Assembly: GCA_040751885.1 (NCBI GenBank)
Contig: JBFMFP010000002.1
Span: 1 to 50,746, forward strand
DNA from: Nanobdellota archaeon
GTDB lineage: Archaea; Nanobdellota; Nanobdellia; Woesearchaeales; GW2011-AR9
Length of the DNA stretch: 50,746 bases
Direction: 5' to 3'
Below the pieces are notes generated by a model, which was given only the letters and a program-made list of their open reading frames with translations, had not been told where the DNA came from and ran no database searches. A program made the position numbers and the translations under genes. This document shows positions 35,561-43,747 of the stretch, piece by piece. The stretch's first letter is position 1; each line of letters begins with the position of its first letter.

Positions 35561-37402
35561 ATGAAATTTGAAAAGATAAGTTGGAAGATCATATTAATAT
35601 TTCTATTCTTTTCAATTATATTTTCTTCCTATTACCTTTATTTCTTGGTAAAACAGCCAAATACACAATTATTTACAGTTTCAGAAAGGGAAGGAAAATT
35701 TTATGGGCATCCTGGCCCTGATGAATTATTTGCATACGGACTAAAAATAAGCGCATTTAGCCAACATTTATTTAAAGGTAACGATCCTTATATCAAGGAA
35801 TACACTGCCGGGAAGGCATATATATTGGAATTATTTCCCTTGGTGTTTTTTGGTTTGCTATTAAAAATATCGACTCTTAATTTTATGTATCTTTTCTCAT
35901 TGATCAGTTTAACATTTATAAAATTTTTACTACTATTCTACATATTTTCAAGCATAACTAAGAACCGCTATTTTAACATCATGTCGCCAATAATAGTGGT
36001 AGCTTACCCCCTCTTTTTTCTTTATCCTTTTTATTTTTTATATCACGGCATTAAAATAGGTTTTTTTTCCAAAGAACTTATAATTACAATGGGGCAGGAA
36101 CTAACCCCTTATTTTTACTCATTTAGATTATACCATGGTCTGTTCTCCTGGACTCTCTTTATAGGCTCGTTTATTATTATTTATTATCTGGTGTTTAAAG
36201 AGATTAATCTTAAAAAAAGAATAGTATTTACTTTTCTTCTGGCTTTAAACTTTTATACTTACTTTTATCAGTGGATAATAATTGGGGGGGCATTTTTATT
36301 CCTGCAGATATTAACCATTAAAAAAAAATACAAGCCAAGACTATTCTCATTTGTACTGTATGTCATTTTTGGGATTCCTGCTTTAATAATTATCACCAAA
36401 AAGGGATTACTATCTTCTAACCCTGAAAGGTTTATGTTAGAATTTGGTTTATTAAAGGACAATTTAACACTAAGCATTTATTTTTTATTTTTCTTCTTAG
36501 CCTCATTAATCCTTTTTACTTATCTAAACAAAAAAGAGCACCCAAAGTTAACTATTTTTCATTATTCAAAGCTATTACTGCAAAACCATTATTTCTTGAT
36601 AACCCTTAGTTTGTTTATTAGTTCTTTAATTTTGATGAATATTAACCTGGTCATTCCTTTCCCTCAAGCACCCTTCCATTTTAATAAATTTAATGATTTA
36701 TTACTGGCGCTCATAGTTTTAATTCAACTGGCTCTTTTAGTTGAAATGGCGCCATCTAAGAATGAAAGAAAGATCAGAAGATTCATCCCCTTTATTTTAT
36801 TAATGATTCTTCTGGTAATAAGCGTAGTGCCCAATCTTGCTTTAACCCAGTACCATCCCATCCCCCCTTTTGAAGAAAGCAGAAGAGAATTGTACAGTTA
36901 CTTAAAAACAGAAAACATCACGGAAAAAATAATAATGACAGTGGATATTGATGAGAATAGCTTGCTTGTTTTATACACGAATAACTATGTAATAATTGGT
37001 AATGCCTTTTCTTCGGAAGTCGGCATTGCTGAAAACTTAGAAAGATATGGATTTATAATAAATACTTTAAATTTAAATAAAAGCCTAGTTATAAATGATT
37101 TGATCACGGAAAAGAAAACCGGGGTTTGGAGCGCCTATCACTATTTAGTTCATGGAACATTTTTTAGAAGAAATAACCAAACTTTAAAAATGGAAAATAT
37201 ATTGACCCAACAAGATACAAAGACCATAATCAAAATAATCAATGAACCTAAGAGAAGATACTCTTTTGACTACGTCCTGGCGGGCCCATTAGAAAAGAAA
37301 TATGGTTTTAAAGGGTTGAATACAAAAGACTATCAACTAATTTTTAAAAACAAGAGGTATGAACTTTACCGGCATTGTTCAAAGTTTTCGGCAGGCTCTT
37401 AA
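35561..37402 (+). CDS. Large polytopic membrane protein of unknown function, with GT-C-like architecture
   Basis: About 613 aa counted from ATG 35561. An acidic motif (GPDELFAY) follows helix 1. More than 10 helices follow, then a soluble tail of about 170 aa. The track start at 35441 would overlap the divergent gene. Confidence 0.5.
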   Translation: MKFEKISWKIILIFLFFSIIFSSYYLYFLVKQPNTQLFTVSEREGKFYGHPGPDELFAYGLKISAFSQHLFKGNDPYIKEYTAGKAYILELFPLVFFGLLLKISTLNFMYLFSLISLTFIKFLLLFYIFSSITKNRYFNIMSPIIVVAYPLFFLYPFYFLYHGIKIGFFSKELIITMGQELTPYFYSFRLYHGLFSWTLFIGSFIIIYYLVFKEINLKKRIVFTFLLALNFYTYFYQWIIIGGAFLFLQILTIKKKYKPRLFSFVLYVIFGIPALIIITKKGLLSSNPERFMLEFGLLKDNLTLSIYFLFFFLASLILFTYLNKKEHPKLTIFHYSKLLLQNHYFLITLSLFISSLILMNINLVIPFPQAPFHFNKFNDLLLALIVLIQLALLVEMAPSKNERKIRRFIPFILLMILLVISVVPNLALTQYHPIPPFEESRRELYSYLKTENITEKIIMTVDIDENSLLVLYTNNYVIIGNAFSSEVGIAENLERYGFIINTLNLNKSLVINDLITEKKTGVWSAYHYLVHGTFFRRNNQTLKMENILTQQDTKTIIKIINEPKRRYSFDYVLAGPLEKKYGFKGLNTKDYQLIFKNKRYELYRHCSKFSAGS

Positions 37403-37443
37403 AAGCATATTTATGGATGGTAGTGTTAGTAAATGACTGATAG

Positions 37444-37686
37444 AAAGGCTTTTATTCTCTAAGAGCGTTCCAGCTTGCGGGGAACGCATCGCGTGTACGG
37501 CGTTGCTGTATCAATGGTATTGCGGTGGTTGGAAAAAAAATCCTGCTTCCAATCTGTTATACAATGCCGCCAAGTCGTAGGAACGATATTGTAGAATATG
37601 GTGAAATGTGGTCTTTTGTGCACGATAAACAGAATAAACAATGGTCATGGCTTGCTGTTCTAAGAAAAACAGGACACGCGATAGCG
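37444..37686 (+). pseudogene. IS1-family transposase (InsB-like) internal fragment
   Basis: Hand translation ends ...NDIVEYGEMWSFVHDKQNKQWSWLAVLRKTGHAIA. This matches the IS1 InsB segment DE.W.(F/Y)V..K...(R/Q)W.(W/F)...D...(K/R)... and is cut off by the IS630 end at 37687. Confidence 0.5.
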
Positions 37687-38798
37687 TATTATAGTTAATC
37701 TCTTAAATATTCAAACATTTTTGGCATAGCTTTAGTGTTGTCAAAAGTTCTTCTTAAGCGGTACTTTGCTGCATCAAGTGATGGGATTACCCTATTTGCC
37801 AGTGCATTCCTTCCCGGCTTCCAGCATTGTTCTGTGGGATTTTCTTCCGGAGAATACTTTGGGAAGTGTTCAATCTTGACTGTCTTTCCGTGTGCTTTGA
37901 GGTAGGCTCTTACTTTTGCTCCGTCATGTGCCCTTGCACCGTCGACAAAAAGCAAGAACTTTCCCCATCTCTTTCTGAGTTTTTCCAGAAACTCAATAAA
38001 CTGCTTTTGTCTTTTCCTCTTTCTGAAAAAATAAACAAAGCTCTTTGCACTTCGTGCACCAAATACATTTGTACACTCATTTTTATGGTTTATTTTGACG
38101 ACAGGATGGCTTCCTCGCCGAGCCCATCCCCTCATGACAGGAGGAATTAAACCAAATGTGGCCTCATCCTGCGTGCCTACAACAAACCCTTTTCTCTGAT
38201 AATATCTTGCCTTTTGTCTTGCTTTTTTTTAAAAAAGCAGTATTTCTTCTTCACTTGGCTTTCTATAGTGCTGTTTTCTAGGCCGTTGCATAGAGAATCC
38301 GAGAGAAACCAATAACCTCCACACATGCTGATGAACAAATTCAATATGATACTTCTTTTTGAGCAAATCTTTGAGCTCTTTTGTCGTCCATAAACCTGTG
38401 CGATTGTGTGGAGGACCATGTTCAAGATCTTTGACAAGATTTTTTCTTTGGGAGATGGTAAGGGTTGCCGGTCGGCCCGACTGTTTAATGCTATCTTTTG
38501 CCTGGATGCCTCGTCGTGAAAAATTTCTTAGCCAACCATGAACAGTGTTACGGGAGATGTTAACCTGATGCGCAATGTCATCAATACTTTTGCCCTTTTT
38601 CCTATGGATTGCAGCTAAAAGCCGTAATTTCGGCTTTGCTTTTGCTTCTTGTTTATACATTTCCTGAAGTTGCTTCAGAGTTGTGTTCGGTAAAAAACTA
38701 TCACCTTTGGGAAGATTCCACATTGTAAATCACCTCATCAAGAAGGAAAGTAGAATTAGTATATAAAAGTTTTGAAATTAATGAGATGTGCTATTATA
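37687..38798 (-). mobile_element. Complete IS630-family insertion sequence (about 1112 bp)
   Basis: The imperfect terminal inverted repeats are tattatagttaatctcttaaatattcaaac (left) and tataatagcacatctcattaatttcaaaac (reverse complement of the right end). They match at 21 of 30 positions ungapped. A single transposase reading frame fills the element. Confidence 0.75.
37695..38723 (-). pseudogene. IS630 DDE transposase, one frame of 343 codons interrupted by a single in-frame TAA
   Basis: The track ORFs 38229-38723 (HTH part) and 37695-38135 (FVDGARAHDG, YSPEENPTEQCW) are in the same frame. The stretch between them has no stop and reads ...EEILLF*KKARQKARYYQRKGFVVGTQDEATFGLIPPVMRGW... Confidence 0.8.
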
Positions 38799-39018
38799 TT
38801 CAGCGAGCTTAGCTTCATCTCTCCATGTCTTACCTCGACCGCTAAATGCCTCTCTAGGATTGGATTCATATTCCCGCTTCCAGCGATTAATCAACTGTGG
38901 CTGGAGGTTATATTCCCTGCATATAGAATTCCCTGCATATAGAAGCAGCAGGTTTTGTTTCAAGTTCCTGAAGAATGGACTGCTTAAATTCCTTAGTAAA
39001 CGTTCTCTTTTTTCCCAT
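38799..39018 (-). pseudogene. IS3-type orfA (HTH transposase subunit), frame-broken by a 16-bp duplication and 3'-truncated
   Basis: From ATG 39018 (GAGGTG upstream) it reads MGKKRTFTKEFKQSILQELETKPAASICRE, then goes out of frame. Removing one repeat copy restores ...ICREYNLQPQLINRWKREYESNPREAFSGRGKTWRDEAKLAE. Confidence 0.6.
38913..38944. repeat. Perfect 16-bp tandem duplication (ttccctgcatatagaa x2) inside the IS3 orfA
   Basis: Read directly: 38913-38928 is identical to 38929-38944. Confidence 0.9.
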
Positions 39019-39164
39019 GTTTGACACCTCATTTATAGTTCTTTTCTTATGCTTTTAGAACTTTTCTAGGTGTCCAACTTTAGGGGTTCACTCCATGATA
39101 CACTACCATTTACAGAACCTTTTTTGATAAACCTTATAAGTACTTTTATGATTTTTAAAGTAAA

Positions 39165-40214
39165 ATGGCCTTTGCAGGCGTCTTATACGGAGTAGGGGAT
39201 ATTCGATACGAAGAAGTTAAAATCTCGGAGATAAATGAAAGAGAGGTCCTCATAGCGGTAAAATGTGCAGGAATTTGTGGCTCAGATATCCCGCGAATTA
39301 AAACTAAGGGAACCTACAGCTTCCCCACCATTCCTGGACATGAGCTGGCAGGGGTTGTTTCTGAAATTGGTAGCAATGTCACAAACGTAGCTATTAATGA
39401 CAGAGTTACAGTGTATCCATTACTATCTTGTGGCCAGTGCATTTATTGCAAAGAAGGAAAAGATAACCTCTGTGATAATTATAATTACCTGGGTTCCAGA
39501 TGTGATGGCGGTTTTGCCGAATTTATTAAATGCCCGGCAGAAAATGTTTTAAAAATACCTGATAATATTTCCTTTGAGGAAGCAGCGTTGGTCGAACCAA
39601 TGGCGGTAGCCTTGAGGGGAGTCAAGAGAGGGAAAATTAAACTAGGGGATACTGTCGTAGTCTTTGGTCTCGGACCGATCGGTCTTTTTGCGGCAAAATG
39701 GGCTAAGATAAACAGTGCAAGCACGGTGGTCGGCGTAGATAGGAATAACTACAAACTAAAGCTAGCTAAGGAGATGGGTGGGGTTGATTACGCAATTAAT
39801 CTGGAAAACAAGCATTGTGATAGTATAGTGGAAAAGGTGATTGAATCAGAAGCAGCAGATATTGTCTTAGAATGCAGCGGCGCAAATGTTTTTCAAGAAC
39901 TGGCTGTTGGTGTGGTTAAGAAATCCGGACTAATTTCCATGGTGGGGAATCCAAAGGGGGATGTTTTATTTAAAGAAAAAAATTTCCAAAAGATATTAAG
40001 GAAAGAAATCATTCTTGTTGGAAGTTGGAACTCATTAATTGTATCAGAAGAAAATGAATGGCGTGAAACTTTGGAAAATCTTGCTTCAGGGAAAATAAGA
40101 GCATCTCCGGTAATCAGCCATCGATTCAAACTTTCTGAAATTAAGGAAGTATTTGATTATCTGCATGAGAAAAAATATAAAAATTATTGCAAAGGGGTAT
40201 TTTTAATGGAATGA
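39165..40214 (+). CDS. Zn-dependent MDR dehydrogenase, polyol-phosphate type (GatD/TarJ-like)
   Basis: Motifs GICGSDIPR, GHELAGVV, the structural-Zn segment CGQCIYCKEGKDNLC, and LGSRCDGGFAEFI. From memory, E. coli GatD has IGSRRDGGFAEYI. Confidence 0.8.
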   Translation: MAFAGVLYGVGDIRYEEVKISEINEREVLIAVKCAGICGSDIPRIKTKGTYSFPTIPGHELAGVVSEIGSNVTNVAINDRVTVYPLLSCGQCIYCKEGKDNLCDNYNYLGSRCDGGFAEFIKCPAENVLKIPDNISFEEAALVEPMAVALRGVKRGKIKLGDTVVVFGLGPIGLFAAKWAKINSASTVVGVDRNNYKLKLAKEMGGVDYAINLENKHCDSIVEKVIESEAADIVLECSGANVFQELAVGVVKKSGLISMVGNPKGDVLFKEKNFQKILRKEIILVGSWNSLIVSEENEWRETLENLASGKIRASPVISHRFKLSEIKEVFDYLHEKKYKNYCKGVFLME

Positions 40215-40278
40215 ATTAAATACTAATTAATTGTACAAAATAAAATTGATGACGAATTGACGTTTGGAGGAGGAAAAA

Positions 40279-41328
40279 ATGTTAGAAATGATGAATGCGG
40301 CGGTAATGCACAACCTCAATGACTTGAGGCTGGAAAAGATAGAAAAGCCAAAAGTCAAAGCTGGAACAATTCTTTTGAGGGTTCATTCCTGTGCTCTCTG
40401 CGGCTCAGATTTGCGCATTCTTAGATCCGGCAATTCCCGCGTGAGATATCCAGCGGTAATTGGACATGAGATAGCTGGAGAGATTATTGCTGTTGGTGGT
40501 GATGTAAAGAACTTTTCTCCGGGAGAAAGGATTGCCTTAGGCGCAGATGTGCCCTGCGGAATTTGCAATTTCTGCACAAAGGGGATGGGCAATTGCTGTG
40601 ATGAAAACTATGCCCTGGGATATCAGTTTCCAGGTGGCTTTGCAGAATACTGCCTTTTAGAGCCGATGATAGTTAATTATGGTCCAATCGTTAAAGTTCC
40701 AGATGCTGTAAGTTATGACGAGGCAGCATTGATGGAACCATTAGCCTGTGTTCTTAACGGCTTTGAGTTAGTGCAGATGAAAAGGGGAAAAAGTGTCCTG
40801 CTTATCGGGGGAGGTCCAATGGGGTGTTTGGGGATAATGGCTGCTAAAGCCTTAGGAGCATCAAAAGTGATTTTAGCAGAAATAGATGACGACCGTCTTG
40901 ATTTAGCAAGAAGTTTTGGCGCTGATTTTTATATCAATCCCAAGAGAAACGATCTTAAAGAGAGAATAAGCGAAATAACAGAGAAGACAGGGGTAGATGT
41001 GGTATTTACAATGTGTCCTTCCGTAGAAGCTCATGAGCAGGCAATTGAATTAGTCGCAAAGAGGGGATATGTTAATTTATTTGGTGGTCTGCCCAAAGAA
41101 GCCAGGAAAGCCCAAATTTCTTCCAATAGTATCCATTACAAAGAATGTTTTGTCACTGGTTCTCATGGCTCTACACCTCGCCATAATGCTTTGGCTATGC
41201 AGTTGATTGTTTCTGGTAAAGTTAATGTTAAAAGCCTGATTACTCATCGATTCCCTTTAAGCCAAATTTACCAAGGCCTTGCTGTCATGAAGGAAATGAC
41301 TGGCTTAAAAGTTATTATTAACCCTTAA
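40279..41328 (+). CDS. Zn-dependent MDR dehydrogenase (sorbitol/threonine dehydrogenase-like)
   Basis: Motifs CALCGSDLRI, GHEIAGEI and CGICNFCTKGMGNCC. There is a strong GGAGGAGG SD 6 nt before the ATG at 40279. Confidence 0.85.
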   Translation: MLEMMNAAVMHNLNDLRLEKIEKPKVKAGTILLRVHSCALCGSDLRILRSGNSRVRYPAVIGHEIAGEIIAVGGDVKNFSPGERIALGADVPCGICNFCTKGMGNCCDENYALGYQFPGGFAEYCLLEPMIVNYGPIVKVPDAVSYDEAALMEPLACVLNGFELVQMKRGKSVLLIGGGPMGCLGIMAAKALGASKVILAEIDDDRLDLARSFGADFYINPKRNDLKERISEITEKTGVDVVFTMCPSVEAHEQAIELVAKRGYVNLFGGLPKEARKAQISSNSIHYKECFVTGSHGSTPRHNALAMQLIVSGKVNVKSLITHRFPLSQIYQGLAVMKEMTGLKVIINP

Positions 41329-41338
41329 AGTAACTAAA

Positions 41339-42244
41339 ATGAAACTAAAACTTGGCATTAATACGGGCTTTGCTCTCAACCGTTTTCCTCTACCTGAAGA
41401 GTGGATTAAACTTATTGGTGAAGATCTCGGCTTAAGATATGTCCAGCTCACCGCTGATTTAATCAACCTTTATCTTGATGAGACAATTCTTGACGACTAT
41501 GCCAAAAGAATCAATTCTCAATGCCAAAGATATGGTGTCCAGATCGATAGTATCATGACCGGTGCTTTTACCCGCGTTAATCATTTTTCCCATCCTGATC
41601 CACAAGTAAGAAGATATTGGGTTAATTGGTTTAAGAAATTTATTGATTTTGGGGTGGCTGTTGGGGCAACAAATGCTTCTAGTCATTTTGGGATTATGTC
41701 TTATTTTGATGTCAAAAATCCAGTAAAGAGGGAGATGCGATTGAAACAAACAGTTGAAGCTTGGAAAGAAATCGCTGTTTATGCACATAACAAAGAAATG
41801 AAGTATCTATCTTGGGAGCCCATGTCTATTGCTCGGGAATACGGTGAGACCATAGAAAAAACTAAAAGAATCCAGACTCTTCTTAAAGACAGCGCTATTC
41901 CCATCAAACTCTGTTTAGATGTCGATCACGGTGATATATCTTCCCCCCATGCCCAAGATTCTGATCCTTATGCCTGGCTTAAAGAGTTTGCTAAAGAAGC
42001 ATCTTTGATTCATTTGAAGCAAAGTTTAGAAGATAAATCGGGACATCATCCTTTTACGCCTGAATATAATAAAAAAGGTTGCATCTACCCAGAAAAAGTA
42101 ATTCGAGCTTTAGAGCAAGGCGGCGCTTCAGAAACTCTCCTTTTGTTAGAGCTTTCTTTCCGGGAGCGGGAACCTTTTGAAAGCCGGGTGCTGGATGATT
42201 TAAGAACCTCGGTGGAATATTGGCGAAAATTTATCAAAGAATAA
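41339..42244 (+). CDS. Sugar phosphate isomerase/epimerase, xylose-isomerase-like TIM barrel
   Basis: Pattern LGINTGF..., SHFG, WEPMS, LCLDVDHGD and IHLKQS. Confidence 0.7.
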   Translation: MKLKLGINTGFALNRFPLPEEWIKLIGEDLGLRYVQLTADLINLYLDETILDDYAKRINSQCQRYGVQIDSIMTGAFTRVNHFSHPDPQVRRYWVNWFKKFIDFGVAVGATNASSHFGIMSYFDVKNPVKREMRLKQTVEAWKEIAVYAHNKEMKYLSWEPMSIAREYGETIEKTKRIQTLLKDSAIPIKLCLDVDHGDISSPHAQDSDPYAWLKEFAKEASLIHLKQSLEDKSGHHPFTPEYNKKGCIYPEKVIRALEQGGASETLLLLELSFREREPFESRVLDDLRTSVEYWRKFIKE

Positions 42245-42259
42245 GTCCGAAAATTATAA

Positions 42260-43702
42260 TTAAAATATCCTGCTTAATTCTTTTAATTCTTTTTTCTGGA
42301 GAAGGATTTTTTTTATCATACTTTTAAGGTTAAGATAAACCTTAGAAAAGATCATCGGCGGGCTGATAAGTTTAAGCATATAAGGGATGTTAATTGGGTT
42401 GCTTAAAGCTAAAAACAAATATTCTTTAAAAACAAAAGCCGGAAAATTAAAATCTTTTAGTTCTTGGGGAGTATAAGCTCTCTCCCCGCTAGAATAATCT
42501 TTTGGGAGCAGCCCCTTAGGAATTTCTCCTGTCTGCAATAATTCTTCGTAAATGGGCGTTCCCGGCAAAGGCTGGAAGTTATTTAAAAAGAAAAAATTGA
42601 AATGGCTTTTTCTAATCAGTTTTGAGGTTTCTTTAAGGTCTTCTTTGGTTTCGCCGGGGTAACCAATGATGAAACACCCATTTACTTTTAATCCTGCTCT
42701 TCTGATCTCTTTTACTTTTTCTGGAATTGTTGATGGATCGAGATATTTGCCCATCTTGGCCAAAGTTTTTACAGAACCGCTTTCTGGGGCAATAAAAAGA
42801 GTTTCCCATCCAGCCTTTTTCATTAGCCGAAGCAATTCTAGATCTGTGCGTTGGAAACGAATACCATTTGGTGTTCCGAAATGCAAGTCTTTTAAATTAA
42901 GGTCAATCATTGCTTTACAAAAATTTTTAGCATAATCAATATCAAATGTAAAATTATCATCAATAATATTAATCTGTTTAATTCCTTTTTGATAATAAAG
43001 ATACTTCACCCAATCAATGATATAATTAATAGAATGTTTCCGGACAAGTTTTCCGTTTTGCAATGAAGCGGAGCAAAACTGGCAACAGTAAGGGCAGCCC
43101 CGGGTTATCCAGATAGGAGCATTTTTTTTATGGAACGTATTATAACGATAGTCTTTTTTAAGATATAACTCTAAGTTCATAGCATCATAGTCTGGAAATT
43201 TTATTTTATCTAGGTTTGATTCCCTTTCCATTTCATTTTTGATCAATTCTCCGGCTTTATTTCGAAAGTATAAACCTTTAATTTTACTCCAGTCCGGCTC
43301 TTTTTTTTCCAATTCCTTTAAGAACAAAGGGAAGGAGAGTTCTGCCTCCCCCCGAAAGACAAAGTCCACTGCTTTGTTTTCTAAAGCCGGTTCTGGATAG
43401 GAAGTAACATGAGCTCCTCCAATTACGGTTATTGTCTTCTTGTCAAAATTTTTTATCTCCTGTAGGATGTTTATTGCTTCATTATAGGTTGGTGACCAGC
43501 AGGAAACTCCAACTACTTCTGGTTTAAACCCTTCAATTATTTTCCGAAATTCTAGTGAGTTAGCCGAGATGTTTTTTAAAGCACAATCGATGAGCTTAAC
43601 TTTATATCTTTTCGGATCTAAATTGCTTTTAAGGTAGCCTAAAGAAAGGGGCATAACATACTTTGGATCAAAACCCCTGGGCCAAATCAAGGCAATTCTC
43701 AT
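42260..43702 (-). CDS. B12-binding-domain radical SAM enzyme (class B, methylase-type)
   Basis: The N-terminal cobalamin-binding-like domain has VVGVSCWSP...VIGGAHVT. The radical SAM cluster is TRGCPYCCQFCS. Confidence 0.85.
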   Translation of the reverse strand: MRIALIWPRGFDPKYVMPLSLGYLKSNLDPKRYKVKLIDCALKNISANSLEFRKIIEGFKPEVVGVSCWSPTYNEAINILQEIKNFDKKTITVIGGAHVTSYPEPALENKAVDFVFRGEAELSFPLFLKELEKKEPDWSKIKGLYFRNKAGELIKNEMERESNLDKIKFPDYDAMNLELYLKKDYRYNTFHKKNAPIWITRGCPYCCQFCSASLQNGKLVRKHSINYIIDWVKYLYYQKGIKQINIIDDNFTFDIDYAKNFCKAMIDLNLKDLHFGTPNGIRFQRTDLELLRLMKKAGWETLFIAPESGSVKTLAKMGKYLDPSTIPEKVKEIRRAGLKVNGCFIIGYPGETKEDLKETSKLIRKSHFNFFFLNNFQPLPGTPIYEELLQTGEIPKGLLPKDYSSGERAYTPQELKDFNFPAFVFKEYLFLALSNPINIPYMLKLISPPMIFSKVYLNLKSMIKKILLQKKELKELSRIF

Positions 43703-43747
43703 ATCAAGAAAAATTCACCCCTCCTTTAAAATTTTATTGTTTTAAGT

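Larger units (their letters stand above)
38799..39095 (-). mobile_element. Remnant of an IS3-family element (left inverted repeat + orfA 5' part)
   Basis: The minus strand from 39095 reads TGGAGTGAACCCCTAAAGTTGGACA, which is TG-initiated and resembles IS3/IS150-group IRL as I recall it. It lies 77 nt upstream of the orfA ATG. The element is truncated at 38799 by the IS630 end. Confidence 0.45.

Noticed and set aside
37459-37641. 60-aa minus-strand ORF in the track
   Set aside because: It lies antisense to the plus-strand frame that carries the recognisable IS1 InsB-like motif, and it has no motif of its own.
37695-38723. Programmed -1/+1 ribosomal frameshift joining IS630 orfA and orfB
   Set aside because: Both ORFs are in the same frame (stop coordinates congruent modulo 3) and the 93 nt between them has no stop. 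The interruption is one in-frame TAA, so no frameshift is needed.
39040-39070. Inverted repeat AGTTCT-14 nt-AGAACT followed by TTTT as a terminator
   Set aside because: It lies inside the presumed 5' untranslated part of the IS3 remnant. The stem is 6 bp and A/T-rich with a large loop, so there is not enough support.
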